Assembly (NCBI GenBank): GCA_945861275.1
Contig: CAMATZ010000034.1
Span: 2,651-66,650, forward strand
Origin: Bordetella parapertussis
GTDB taxonomy: Bacteria > Pseudomonadota > Gammaproteobacteria > Burkholderiales > SG8-41
Length of the DNA stretch: 64,000 nt
Reading direction: 5' to 3'
This document shows positions 28,120 to 37,497 of this stretch, piece by piece. The notes beneath the pieces are model-generated. The model was given only the letters and a program-made list of their open reading frames with translations. It had not been told where the DNA came from and ran no database searches. The position numbers and the translations under genes are program-made. Numbering within the stretch: the first letter of the stretch is position 1; each line of letters opens with the position of its first letter.

Positions 28120-28539
28120 ATGCTAAAGACACTGATACCCGTGGACGGCTCGGACAACTCCGTCCGGGCAGTTCAGTATTTGATGAAACAATCGGCAAAT
28201 TCAAGAGAGCCGTTTGAGATTCATCTGCTCAATGTGCAGCATCCGTTTCCCGGCACCATCAAGGGCGTCGGCGACCAAGCAAAGCAATACCACCACGACG
28301 AAGGCATCAAGGCGCTGGCGAATGCGCGTAAGCTGTTGGACGATGCCAAGGTTAAGTATTCGTATCACATCGGCGTCGGCGAAGTGGGCGAGGTGGTGGC
28401 GCACTTCGTTAAGGACTTAAAATGCGAGCAGGTCGTGATGGGCACGCGCGGCATGAATTCCATTGCCAACATGGTACTGGGATCGGGGGCAACGAAAGTG
28501 CTGCACCTGGTTGATGTGCCAGTGTTGTTGGTCAAGTAA
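28120..28539 (+). CDS. Universal stress protein (UspA family)
   Basis: MLKTLIPVDGSDNSVRAV...VVMGTRGMNSIANMVLGSGATKVLHLVDVPVLLVK. Confidence 0.85.
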   Translation: MLKTLIPVDGSDNSVRAVQYLMKQSANSREPFEIHLLNVQHPFPGTIKGVGDQAKQYHHDEGIKALANARKLLDDAKVKYSYHIGVGEVGEVVAHFVKDLKCEQVVMGTRGMNSIANMVLGSGATKVLHLVDVPVLLVK

Positions 28540-28558
28540 ATATAGCTGTTGCAACAAG

Positions 28559-28592
28559 AACGCGGCAGGGTTGGCCTCGCGCCGCGTTTTTT
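28559..28592. terminator. Hairpin terminator between the convergent usp and terC-usp genes (possibly bidirectional)
   Basis: AACGCGGC...GCCGCGTT stem followed by T6 on the plus strand. Confidence 0.55.
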
Positions 28593-28601
28593 CGTTACAG
28601 T

Positions 28602-29873
28602 TCAATCTACTGCAGCTACAAACAATGCCGCCAATGCAGTGCCCACAGTGGCTGGCACACCGATGCGTTCCCACCACGAGGCGGGGGCGCCGGCGACTAC
28701 TTCCACGGGAACACGCGAGGTTTCCAGCACCTTGCTGGTGACCGAATCCTGAACGAACCGCGTGAGCGTGCTTTTGCGCGCGGTCCCCATCACGATCTGA
28801 TCGATGTGCAGACGCTGCGCCACGCGATCGATCACTGTTGCGGGATCGCCGAGTTCGATGTGAGAGGCGTGCGGTACACCATGCTTGTCGAGAAGCGCGC
28901 GTGCGCTTTTCAGTGCATTTTCCGCCAACTCGCGATGGTAACTATGCCGATTGCTCTTGCTAACGAAGCGAGAAACATACTGCGAAAACGGCGCACGTAC
29001 GTGGAGCAGATGCACTTCCATGTTTGAATCAGCCAGGAATTGATTGACCACATGCCGCACTGCCTGCAATGCACTTGCCGTTCCATCCACCGGTATTAGT
29101 ATTTTCTTCATGATGTTTTCTCCATTCAGGTTATTCGGCGCCACCCGGATGGGCGCGGCCGGTGCTGCTGCTAAATCCACAACATGAGCTGCTACGCGGC
29201 TGCGGGCTTGACCATGGTTCTTCCACAGACCTGCACCCAGCACGCCACCCATTGACGCTACGTAAACCAGTACGATGTAGTACCCCGCCGTTGCCGCATA
29301 GTCCCTGATGAGAGGCTCCCCCGTTATCATCTTGACGCCCGTCCATACCAGCACGCCGGCGCCGACATAGACAATGGCGGGATATTTCTGCACGTACTTG
29401 AGAATAAGCTGGCTGCCGCCGATCACAATGGGAATACTGATCAGCAGGCCCAGCACCACCAACAGAAAGCTCCCTTGCGCCGCGCCGGCAACTGCCAGGA
29501 CATTGTCGAGCCCCATCACGGCATCTGCGATCACGATGGTTTTCATCGCAGCCCAGAAATTGGTGGCAGAACTGAGCTTGTGCGCTTCGCTGTCGCTGTT
29601 ATCGATCAGCAGCTTGTAGGCGATCCACAACAGTGCAACACCGCCGGCCAGCAGTAGTCCGGGTATCTTGAGCAGCCATACCACCACCAACGTCATTGCC
29701 GAACGTACGACAATGGCGCCTACCGTCCCCCACACTATGGCTTTGGTGCGTAGATGATCCGGCAGATTACGCGCGGCCAGCGCAATTACGATGGCGTTAT
29801 CACCCGCCAGCACCAGATCAATGACTACGATGGCGAGCAGCGCCGAAAAAAACTCTGTTGAAAGTATTTCCAT
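28602..29873 (-). CDS. TerC-family membrane protein fused in frame to a universal stress protein domain and a C-terminal TM tail
   Basis: A single 423-aa ORF. The TerC motifs are DLVLAGDNAIVIALAAR and AVMGLDNVLAVAGAA. A linker follows, then MKKILIPVDGTASALQAV...IVMGTARKSTLTRFVQDSVTSKVL (USP), then WWERIGVPATVGTALAALFVAAV. Confidence 0.8.
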   Translation of the reverse strand: MEILSTEFFSALLAIVVIDLVLAGDNAIVIALAARNLPDHLRTKAIVWGTVGAIVVRSAMTLVVVWLLKIPGLLLAGGVALLWIAYKLLIDNSDSEAHKLSSATNFWAAMKTIVIADAVMGLDNVLAVAGAAQGSFLLVVLGLLISIPIVIGGSQLILKYVQKYPAIVYVGAGVLVWTGVKMITGEPLIRDYAATAGYYIVLVYVASMGGVLGAGLWKNHGQARSRVAAHVVDLAAAPAAPIRVAPNNLNGENIMKKILIPVDGTASALQAVRHVVNQFLADSNMEVHLLHVRAPFSQYVSRFVSKSNRHSYHRELAENALKSARALLDKHGVPHASHIELGDPATVIDRVAQRLHIDQIVMGTARKSTLTRFVQDSVTSKVLETSRVPVEVVAGAPASWWERIGVPATVGTALAALFVAAVD

Positions 29874-29956
29874 GTTGCGTGCCTCTTTTTCCGAATGCGT
29901 CCGTTATTCACGAATCCTTGCCGAGCGCAAACGGAGTGGTGATCCGCTATGCCCGG

Positions 29957-30056
29957 CCAAGGTCTCGCTCGTAACCGGAAAATCGCCGGCTACCAGCAGG
30001 ACCGGGGCTACTTGCCCGTGTTGACGATCCTGCTGCGGTAGAGCTACTCCCCTCGG
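29957..30056 (-). promoter_or_regulatory. yybP-ykoY (Mn2+) riboswitch-like aptamer in the leader of terC-usp
   Basis: The minus strand reads CCGAGGGGAGTAGC...ATCGTCAACACGGG...GCGAGACCTTGG. It has the invariant GGGGAGUAG (30052..30044) and GAGACC blocks. P1 pairs CCGAGG with CCTTGG and P2 pairs CTACCGCAGCAGGA with TCCTGCTGGTAG. The downstream gene is TerC, a classical regulon member. Confidence 0.7.
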
Positions 30057-30315
30057 TGAGGATTTTTCTGCCACACGATTGTGTTCATGCGGCGAGGTGA
30101 AGTATGGCGACACAAATCTCCGATGTGAAATGAAGAATAGTAATACAAGTTATTGATTTTATTAATGAAATTTGTAATTCGTAATGTTCGGCATGGCGTT
30201 TGCTGATGCATTGCATAGTGTAATAGTGCTGATCCCAAACCTTCATCAGGACGGGCATTGACGCTTTAACGCTCGCATGCAACACTCGCCGCGCGTTGGA
30301 AGCTCAACGCATCCT

Positions 30316-30442
30316 CCAAGGGGGAGTAGCTATCGCCGCCGGGTATTGCAAATACCTGGACTGTGACCGCTGAATCGTCAATACGGGAGCTTCGGCTTTC
30401 CGGTTCAGCAGGCAACCTCAACGTTGTTAGCGAGACCTTTGC
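30316..30442 (+). promoter_or_regulatory. Second yybP-ykoY (Mn2+) riboswitch-like aptamer, divergent from the first, upstream of the LysR gene
   Basis: CAAGGGGGAGTAGC (GGGGAGTAGC at 30321..30330) ...ATCGTCAATACGGG (30374..30387)... GCGAGACCTTTG (30430..30441). P1 pairs CAAGGG with CCTTTG. It shares the 14-mer ATCGTCAAYACGGG with the minus-strand copy. Confidence 0.65.
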
Positions 30443-30561
30443 CCAGGCAGGAAAAGGCCATAGCGGCCGTCAACCTGTCCGAGGTGAAGGCCGCCGTGCT
30501 CTCGCGTTTTCAGGCATGGCGAATCGCAACGTTTGTATATTTCAATACAAAGAGGATAGCC

Positions 30562-31497
30562 ATGCCCCAAAGCAAAATTCGCCGTTACCTGCGTCACGGA
30601 ATGTTGCCGCAACTCAGCGTGTTCGAGGCTGTGGCGCGGCTCGGAAGCTTTACTCGCGCCGGCGAGGAGTTGTATATGGCGCAACCTACGGTATCGGTGC
30701 AGATCAAGAAGCTTACCGAAACCATCGGCGCGCCGCTGTTGGAGCAGGTGGGCAAGACGGTTCGCATCACATCGGTAGGCAAGGAACTGCAAGCTGCAAG
30801 CAGTGAAATCTTTCAGGCATTGTCCCGATTTGAACAGAAGGTGGCGGACACGCGTGGTTTGCAAATAGGAACCCTTGATATTGCCGCGAGCACCGTGGCC
30901 AAATATTTCACCTCGCGCATGCTGGTTGATTTTGCAAAGGCTTACCCCGGCATCGAGGTGCGCATGTATGTCGGCCGCCAACAGTCATTGCTGGAGCGGA
31001 TCGCGGCGAATACCGATGATCTGTACTTGATGGCGAACCCGCCGGCGGGCGATGAGGTCGTGGCGCAGCGACTGCTGCCCAACCCCATCGTGGTTTTCGC
31101 CCACCGCGAGCACCGCCTTGCCGGACAGGCCAATATCCCGTTTGCGCGAATGGCCCAAGAACCGCTGCTCCTGCGCGAAGCGGGATCGGGAACACGCATG
31201 ACCACCGAGCGACTATTTCGCGAGCGTGGCATGACCCCATCCATACGCATGGAACTCGGCAGTAACGAAGCGATACGCGAGGCGCTGACCGCCGGATTGG
31301 GTGTGTCCATCATGTCGCGGCAGTCGGCGGGCGTGGATCTGGACGCCAACCTCACCACGCTCGATGTGGAGGGTTTTCCTATCGAGTCGTACTGGTATCT
31401 GGTTTATCCCGTAGGCAAACAGTTGTCGTTCATCGCACAGACCTTCCTCGATTTCGTACGCAAAGAAGCGCAGCGCCTGGAAGCGATTACTGCCTGA
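30562..31497 (+). CDS. LysR-family transcriptional regulator (CbbR-like N-terminus)
   Basis: ATG 30562 after AGAGGA. LPQLSVFEAVARLGSFTRAGEELYMAQPTVSVQIKKLTE is a LysR helix-turn-helix. Confidence 0.85.
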   Translation: MPQSKIRRYLRHGMLPQLSVFEAVARLGSFTRAGEELYMAQPTVSVQIKKLTETIGAPLLEQVGKTVRITSVGKELQAASSEIFQALSRFEQKVADTRGLQIGTLDIAASTVAKYFTSRMLVDFAKAYPGIEVRMYVGRQQSLLERIAANTDDLYLMANPPAGDEVVAQRLLPNPIVVFAHREHRLAGQANIPFARMAQEPLLLREAGSGTRMTTERLFRERGMTPSIRMELGSNEAIREALTAGLGVSIMSRQSAGVDLDANLTTLDVEGFPIESYWYLVYPVGKQLSFIAQTFLDFVRKEAQRLEAITA

Positions 31498-31618
31498 GGC
31501 GTTGGGTCGTTAGCGCTGTGGCTGCTGCGCTCGAATCGGCAGTGCGGACTGTCGTTGTCTCTCGCCCGCGCAGCCGGAGAAAAACAGCGCTCCGCCATTC
31601 GTGTTTATTGAATGCGGG

Positions 31619-31789
31619 CTACTTCTTCATCGCATAAATAAGCACGCTGGCGATCGTCGCGGCGAGCAGCGCATATTCCCATCCATGCAGATGAATGGCG
31701 GACGCGCCATGCCCCTCGTGGGCAAGCACCTGGGTGCTAAATGCGGCAACAAGTGCGCCGTAAAAAACCCGTGCTACTGGTTGGTACAT
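31619..31789 (-). CDS. 56-aa His-rich exported/membrane micro-protein, translationally coupled to ureG
   Basis: Own translation: [57 protein letters not shown] strong GGAGG lies 7 nt upstream of the ATG, inside the ureG 3' end, and the ATG overlaps ureG by 16 nt. It is below the ORF-track length cut-off. Confidence 0.55.
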   Translation of the reverse strand: MYQPVARVFYGALVAAFSTQVLAHEGHGASAIHLHGWEYALLAATIASVLIYAMKK

Positions 31790-32400
31790 AGGATGCCCTC
31801 CTTTTCAATATGAGAAATGACAGTGTCCAGGCCGTGCCCGGTTTTAAGATTGGTAAACACAAACGGCTTGTCGCCGCGCATTTTTCGCGCGTCGCGATCC
31901 ATCACCTCGAGTGAAGCGCCCACCATCGGCGCAAGATCGATTTTGTTGATGATCAGCAAATCCGATTTGGTGATGCCCGGCCCGCCCTTGCGTGGGATTT
32001 TGTCACCGGCAGCGACATCGATCACATACAGCGTGAAGTCGGATAACTCTGGACTGAAGGTTGCCGCGAGATTATCGCCACCCGATTCGATGATAATGAG
32101 ATCGAGTGTGGTGAAGCGGCGGTTCAGGCGCGCCACGGCTTCGAGATTGATCGACGCGTCTTCGCGTATCGCCGTATGCGGGCAACCGCCGGTTTCAACA
32201 CCGATGATGCGCTCCGGCGCCAGCGCTTCATTGCGCACCAGAAACTGCGCGTCCTCCTCGGTGTAGATGTCGTTGGTGACCACCGCAATGCTGTATTTGT
32301 CGCGCAACGCGCGGCACAGCGCCAGCGTCAACGCGGTCTTGCCGGAGCCGACCGGGCCACCGATGCCGACGCGCAGCGCTTGGTTGTGACTTGTGCTCAT
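31774..32400 (-). CDS. ureG: Urease accessory GTPase
   Basis: [12 protein letters not shown]-loop and ...[13 protein letters not shown]... motif. Confidence 0.95.
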   Translation of the reverse strand: MSTSHNQALRVGIGGPVGSGKTALTLALCRALRDKYSIAVVTNDIYTEEDAQFLVRNEALAPERIIGVETGGCPHTAIREDASINLEAVARLNRRFTTLDLIIIESGGDNLAATFSPELSDFTLYVIDVAAGDKIPRKGGPGITKSDLLIINKIDLAPMVGASLEVMDRDARKMRGDKPFVFTNLKTGHGLDTVISHIEKEGILCTNQ

Positions 32401-33107
32401 GAGCGGAATAACCTGCTGTATTGTGTTTCGTGGTGGCTGGAAAGTATCGCCAAACCCGGCGCGAAATTTCCCAGTTCATGGTCGGCGCAAGCGCTGGCGG
32501 CTTGCGCAATGTGATCGAGTCGGGCACCCAGGGCAAGCAGTATCTGTTGTCCGGCAGTCTGTCCCAGCGGCACGGCCTTGAGCGCAGCCATCACCTGATT
32601 TTCGAGCCATGACCAAACATAAGCAATCAGCGCCGCCGAAGGCTCGATGCGCCATTGCGCGGCGGCGCAGGCATATGCCGTGGGGAACGCCGGCTCGTCG
32701 ATGCGCAGCAATTGCGGAAAAGCGGACGGGTCTGACGCACCTGGTTCACCCAGTTCATGCAACAGGCGTGTCAGCGAATAACCCATCTGCACCGTCTCCG
32801 CGCGCAGCTCGGCGGATTCGCGGCTGGCGAGAAACAGCGCGTTCCAGTATTCAACGGCGGCCAAATCCTTGGCCGCCCAGGCGCGCTGCAAGCGCAGCAG
32901 CAGCGGCGCTTCCATGCGCGCGACGGAGAGTTCGAGCACGTCCGCTATCCAGCTTTGCGCGCTGGCGGCGTCCTGCACGATGCCGGCTTCGATCGCGGAT
33001 TCCAGTCCTTGCGAATAGCTGTAAGCGCCCACCGGCAGCGTGGGGCTTGCCAGTTGCAGCAGGCGTGCGAGGCGCATGTCGCTCATCGGAGAGAATTGTG
33101 TAAGCAT
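32397..33107 (-). CDS. ureF: Urease accessory protein
   Basis: [21 protein letters not shown] is the UreF signature. It has an ATGA overlap with ureG. Confidence 0.9.
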   Translation of the reverse strand: MLTQFSPMSDMRLARLLQLASPTLPVGAYSYSQGLESAIEAGIVQDAASAQSWIADVLELSVARMEAPLLLRLQRAWAAKDLAAVEYWNALFLASRESAELRAETVQMGYSLTRLLHELGEPGASDPSAFPQLLRIDEPAFPTAYACAAAQWRIEPSAALIAYVWSWLENQVMAALKAVPLGQTAGQQILLALGARLDHIAQAASACADHELGNFAPGLAILSSHHETQYSRLFRS

Positions 33108-33122
33108 TTGTTTTTAAACATG

Positions 33123-33614
33123 TTATTTATACTCGTGAATTCGCCCGGCATGCCCGCCTTCAGCACTGTGATGCTGACCTCCAGCACCGTGGCTACCATA
33201 GGCGCCCGCCTCCGGTTCAAATGGTGCACGCATCGGCGTCAGCGTCGCGCCCAAGCCTCTGAGCATTTCAGCGAGCACATGATCGGCGGCGATGCGCAGA
33301 AACCCGTCACCCACCTGCACCGGCACGTGGCGATTGCCGAGATGATACGCAGCACGCGCAAGTTCCGTCGCACTCATGCCGGCCACATGCAGCACATCTT
33401 CGATTTCCGCAACCACCGCGACCACGCGGCCATCGGCCGCCAGCAACAAATCACCGCCGCGCAAAATTTCTCCGCGCGGCAACATCAGCCACGCCTCCTC
33501 GCCGTCCACGAGCCGGGTGCGCAAGCGGCTTTTCTGACGCATGTCGAAAGGTAGCTTCAATTGCGCTTGTGCGGCGCTACCGCCGTCAGCCAGTTTGCTT
33601 TTGATCTCGATCAT
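33123..33614 (-). CDS. ureE: Urease accessory (nickel chaperone) protein
   Basis: ATG 33614 overlaps the ureC stop (ATGA). MIEIKSKL...[10 protein letters not shown]... is followed by a His-rich tail ([23 protein letters not shown]). Confidence 0.85.
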   Translation of the reverse strand: MIEIKSKLADGGSAAQAQLKLPFDMRQKSRLRTRLVDGEEAWLMLPRGEILRGGDLLLAADGRVVAVVAEIEDVLHVAGMSATELARAAYHLGNRHVPVQVGDGFLRIAADHVLAEMLRGLGATLTPMRAPFEPEAGAYGSHGAGGQHHSAEGGHAGRIHEYK

Positions 33615-35311
33615 CAGAACAGAAAGTAACGTTGCGCCATCGGCAGCACTTTCGCCGGCTCGCACACCAGCAGTTCACCGTCGGCGCGCACTTCGTAGGT
33701 CTCGGCATCGACTTCGATTTTCGGCAGCCAGTCGTTCAGCACCATGTCTTTCTTGCCGATTTTTCTGACGTTGCGTATCGCTTGCAGCGGCTTTGACAAC
33801 CCCAGCGCCTCGATGGCCGGATTTTTCAGCGCCGCCTTCGACACAAACGTGAGCGAGGTGCGCAGCGCTTTGCCGAAACTGCCGAACATCGGACGGTAAT
33901 GCACCGGCTGCGGCGTCGGGATCGAGGCATTCGGATCGCCCATCGCCGCCGCGGCGATCATGCCGCCTTTGATGATCAGTGATGGCTTTACGCCAAAGAA
34001 TGCCGGCTTCCACAACACCAGATCAGCCAGTTTTCCTTCAGTGATGGAGCCAACGACGTGCGACACGCCATGCGCAATCGCGGGATTAATCGTGTATTTT
34101 GCAATAAAGCGCTTCACGCGCGCGTTATCATTTTCTTTCGGGTCGCCCTTCAGGCTGCCGCGCTGCATTTTCATTTTGTGCGCGGTCTGCCAGGTGCGGA
34201 TGATGACTTCCCCCACGCGCCCCATCGCCTGCGAATCGGACGACATCATCGAAAACGCGCCCAGATCATGCAGAATATCCTCGGCGGCGATGGTTTCCTT
34301 GCGGATGCGTGATTCGGCAAACGCCACGTCTTCGGCAATCGCCGGGTCAAGGTGATGGCACACCATCAGCATATCGAGATGCTCGGCGATCGTGTTGACC
34401 GTGTACGGCATGGTTGGATTGGTTGACGACGGCATCACATTCGGCTCGCCGCACACCTTGATGATATCCGGCGCATGGCCGCCGCCCGCGCCCTCGGTGT
34501 GAAAGGTGCAGATCGCCCGGCCCTTCATCGCCGCCACCGAGGTTTCCACAAACCCCGATTCGTTCAAGGTATCCGTGTGGATCGCCACCTGCACGTCCAT
34601 CCTGTCGGCGACCGACAGGCAGTTGTCTATGGCTGCTGGCGTGGTGCCCCAGTCTTCATGCAGTTTCAGGCCGATGGCGCCGGCTTCGATTTGTTCTTTG
34701 AGCGGCGCGGGCTTGCTGGCATTGCCCTTGCCTAAAAAACCCAGGTTCATCGGAAACGCATCCGCGGCGGCCAGCATGGCATGCAGATGCCATGGCCCCG
34801 GCGTGCAGGTGGTAGCGAAGGTGCCGGTGGCAGGTCCGGTGCCGCCGCCGATCATGGTGGTCACGCCCGACATCAAGGCCTCTTCGATTTGCTGCGGGCA
34901 AATAAAATGAATGTGCGTGTCGATGCCGCCGGCGGTAACGATCATGCCTTCGCCCGCGATGATTTCCGTGCCCGCGCCGATGGGGATGGTGATGCCGGGC
35001 TGGATGTCGGGATTGCCTGCCTTGCCGATTTTCCAGAGGTGACCGTTCTTGATGCCGATGTCAGCCTTGACGATGCCCCAGTGATCCACGATCAAGGCAT
35101 TGGTGATCACCGTGTCCGCCACTTTCGCGGAAACCAGTTGGCTCTGCCCCATGCCATCGCGGATGACCTTGCCGCCGCCGAATTTCACCTCTTCGCCGTA
35201 AAGGGTGTAGTCCTTTTCGACTTCGATCCACAGTTCGGTATCGGCGAGGCGCACGCGATCACCGGTGGTGGGTCCGAACATTTCGGCGTAGGCCTGGCGG
35301 GTGATTTTCAT
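33614..35311 (-). CDS. ureC: Urease alpha subunit
   Basis: [25 protein letters not shown]...[14 protein letters not shown]...MVCHHL.... Confidence 0.95.
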   Translation of the reverse strand: MKITRQAYAEMFGPTTGDRVRLADTELWIEVEKDYTLYGEEVKFGGGKVIRDGMGQSQLVSAKVADTVITNALIVDHWGIVKADIGIKNGHLWKIGKAGNPDIQPGITIPIGAGTEIIAGEGMIVTAGGIDTHIHFICPQQIEEALMSGVTTMIGGGTGPATGTFATTCTPGPWHLHAMLAAADAFPMNLGFLGKGNASKPAPLKEQIEAGAIGLKLHEDWGTTPAAIDNCLSVADRMDVQVAIHTDTLNESGFVETSVAAMKGRAICTFHTEGAGGGHAPDIIKVCGEPNVMPSSTNPTMPYTVNTIAEHLDMLMVCHHLDPAIAEDVAFAESRIRKETIAAEDILHDLGAFSMMSSDSQAMGRVGEVIIRTWQTAHKMKMQRGSLKGDPKENDNARVKRFIAKYTINPAIAHGVSHVVGSITEGKLADLVLWKPAFFGVKPSLIIKGGMIAAAAMGDPNASIPTPQPVHYRPMFGSFGKALRTSLTFVSKAALKNPAIEALGLSKPLQAIRNVRKIGKKDMVLNDWLPKIEVDAETYEVRADGELLVCEPAKVLPMAQRYFLF

Positions 35312-35613
35312 AATTTCCCCATCACTTTTCCGGCAAAGCCATAGACTTTGCGCGCCCCGGCAAGCGCCACCAACTCCACCGTGCGCGATTGTCCGGGCTC
35401 GAAACGCACCGCAGTTCCCGCTGCGATATTGAGCCGGTAGCCGCGCGTTTTTTTGCGCTCGAACTTTAGCGCGTCGTTGGTTTCGAAAAAGTGGTAGTGC
35501 GAGCCGACTTGAATCGGCCGGTCACCGCTGTTAACCACTGCTAGCGAAAGCGTCGCGCGCCCCACATTGATCTCGATCTCGCCCGGCGCGACTTTCATTT
35601 CTCCTGGAATCAT
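35308..35613 (-). CDS. ureB: Urease beta subunit
   Basis: [19 protein letters not shown]...[16 protein letters not shown]. Confidence 0.95.
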   Translation of the reverse strand: MIPGEMKVAPGEIEINVGRATLSLAVVNSGDRPIQVGSHYHFFETNDALKFERKKTRGYRLNIAAGTAVRFEPGQSRTVELVALAGARKVYGFAGKVMGKL

Positions 35614-35623
35614 CGTGGTTTCC

Positions 35624-35926
35624 TTAAACGATGGGATTATGAACCGTCACCAGCTTGGTGCCGTCGGGAAAGGTGGCTTCGATCTGGATTTCGGGAATCA
35701 TCTCCGGCACCCCCTCCATGACCTCGTCGCGCGTCAGCAGGGTCGCGCCCCAACCCATCAGGTCGGACACGGTGCGCCCATCACGCGCGCCTTCCATGAT
35801 CGCGGCACTGATCAACGCCACCGATTCAGGGTAATTCAGTTTGACGCCACGCGCCTTGCGCCGCTCGGCGAGCAGCCCGGCGGTAAATATCAGCAACTTG
35901 TCTTTTTCTCTCGGTGTCAGTTCCAT
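35624..35926 (-). CDS. ureA: Urease gamma subunit
   Basis: [34 protein letters not shown].... Confidence 0.95.
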   Translation of the reverse strand: MELTPREKDKLLIFTAGLLAERRKARGVKLNYPESVALISAAIMEGARDGRTVSDLMGWGATLLTRDEVMEGVPEMIPEIQIEATFPDGTKLVTVHNPIV

Positions 35927-35935
35927 AACCTGTTC

Positions 35936-36787
35936 TCAAGTGTTCCAGATACGCGGCGCTACCGCGGCACGTCCCGCGATCAGCGGCCGCAACAGCCGCC
36001 ATACATCGGCGAAATATTGTGCGGCCGCTTCGCTCGAATCGCCCAGGTAGCGCGCCACCATTACCTCCGGTAGCCGCGTCACTGCCGTGCTTCCCGATTT
36101 TGCCGCCACCGCGCGGCACGCGCCGACATCAACCGCATCCACATTTTGCGCTACTGCGATTAGCGTGCCACACACCGTTCTGCCGCCCCAACCCGCCGCG
36201 GATCGCATGAGCAGCCCGCCGGCTTCGATGCCGACGCGCTCCATCCATAAAGGTTTGCCATTACGCAACACCGACACCCGCGCGACACACTGTCCCCGTG
36301 TAAAGTGTTCACCCGATCCCGCACGCCCCAAACACACTATTTCCCAGCCGATGTAGCGCGCGCCGGCGGCCAGTCGCACCTCGGTATCAAGCCGCGCCAG
36401 CGCGCCGTCAAACACGATGGTCGCCTGCGGCAGCCATTCCAGACACGCGCCCTCGTGAACCACAAACGCATTGCGTTGTTGCGCCCACGAGCCCGCTGAC
36501 CGGTACCATTTGCCCGCGCCCGGCGTGGTCAGCAGCGCGTGACCCTGGGCGCCGATGCGGGCGTCGATTTCAAGACTGTCGCCGCCCGCGATGCCCGCCG
36601 GCGGATGCACGATGATGCTGTGGCAAACGCCGTCGCCTTCGGGATACAGGGGTTTTTGCACCACCAGCGGCCCGTCGTGACGGCGCGCCGCCAGCACGGT
36701 GCGCTCGCCACGGCGCTGGTACTCCAACGCGAGGTGCGCGCGCCAGGCCGCTGCGGATAAGCTAAAGGGCGGGTCAACCAGTTGCAT
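35936..36787 (-). CDS. ureD: Urease accessory protein
   Basis: Start chosen at ATG 36787 (MQLVDPPFSLSAAAWRAHLALEY...), 8 nt after the urtE stop. The ORF-track start at 36868 would overlap urtE. Confidence 0.8.
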   Translation of the reverse strand: MQLVDPPFSLSAAAWRAHLALEYQRRGERTVLAARRHDGPLVVQKPLYPEGDGVCHSIIVHPPAGIAGGDSLEIDARIGAQGHALLTTPGAGKWYRSAGSWAQQRNAFVVHEGACLEWLPQATIVFDGALARLDTEVRLAAGARYIGWEIVCLGRAGSGEHFTRGQCVARVSVLRNGKPLWMERVGIEAGGLLMRSAAGWGGRTVCGTLIAVAQNVDAVDVGACRAVAAKSGSTAVTRLPEVMVARYLGDSSEAAAQYFADVWRLLRPLIAGRAAVAPRIWNT

Positions 36788-36794
36788 ACGACTA

Positions 36795-37496
36795 TCATAC
36801 CGCCAGCAGCGCGCGCACGCCGTCCTTGTCCATATCCGCACCGGCGCCGCGCGCAATGATGTCGCCACGCTCCATCACCAGATACTGATCGGCGAGCGAA
36901 CGCGCGAATTCGTAATACTGTTCGACCAGTAATATCGCCATATCGCCGCTGGCCGCCAGTGAGCGGATCACACGCTCGATGTCCTTGATGATCGACGGCT
37001 GGATGCCTTCCGTCGGTTCGTCCAGTATCAACAGCTTGGGATTCATCGCCAGCGCGCGGCCGATCGCCAACTGCTGCTGCTGGCCGCCGGACAGGTCGCC
37101 GCCGCGTCGCCGCAGCATTTGCTTTAACACCGGAAACATGTCATGGATGCGTTCGGGTATGCGCGCACCGCGCGGCAGTGTGGCGAGGCCCATTTCCAGA
37201 TTTTCGGCAACGGTTAAACGGGGGAAAATTTCACGGCCCTGCGGTACATAACCGAGGCCCGCGCGCGCGCGCTCGTAGGGCGCCGCAGCCGTAAGATCGT
37301 TGCCGGCGAAAGTAATGGTGCCGCTTTTCGCGGGAATCAAGCCCATCAGGGTCTTGAGAAGGGTGGTCTTGCCGACGCCGTTTCTGCCGAGCAACACGGT
37401 GACCTTGCCCGCCGGCACCTCGAACGCGAGATCGCGCAGGATGTGACTGCCGCCGTAATATTGATTGAGGCCCGCCACGCTTAGAGTCCCTGACAT
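36795..37496 (-). CDS. urtE: Urea ABC transporter ATP-binding protein
   Basis: GRNGVGKTT Walker A and LSGGQQQQLAIGRAL signature, in urt gene order. Confidence 0.9.
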   Translation of the reverse strand: MSGTLSVAGLNQYYGGSHILRDLAFEVPAGKVTVLLGRNGVGKTTLLKTLMGLIPAKSGTITFAGNDLTAAAPYERARAGLGYVPQGREIFPRLTVAENLEMGLATLPRGARIPERIHDMFPVLKQMLRRRGGDLSGGQQQQLAIGRALAMNPKLLILDEPTEGIQPSIIKDIERVIRSLAASGDMAILLVEQYYEFARSLADQYLVMERGDIIARGAGADMDKDGVRALLAV

Positions 37497-37497
37497 A

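Noticed and set aside
30363-30806. 147-aa ORF between the plus-strand riboswitch and lysR as the riboswitch target
   Set aside because: It starts inside the aptamer and overlaps the LysR reading frame out of frame. It has no Shine-Dalgarno sequence and an Arg/Gly/Ala-rich, featureless translation.
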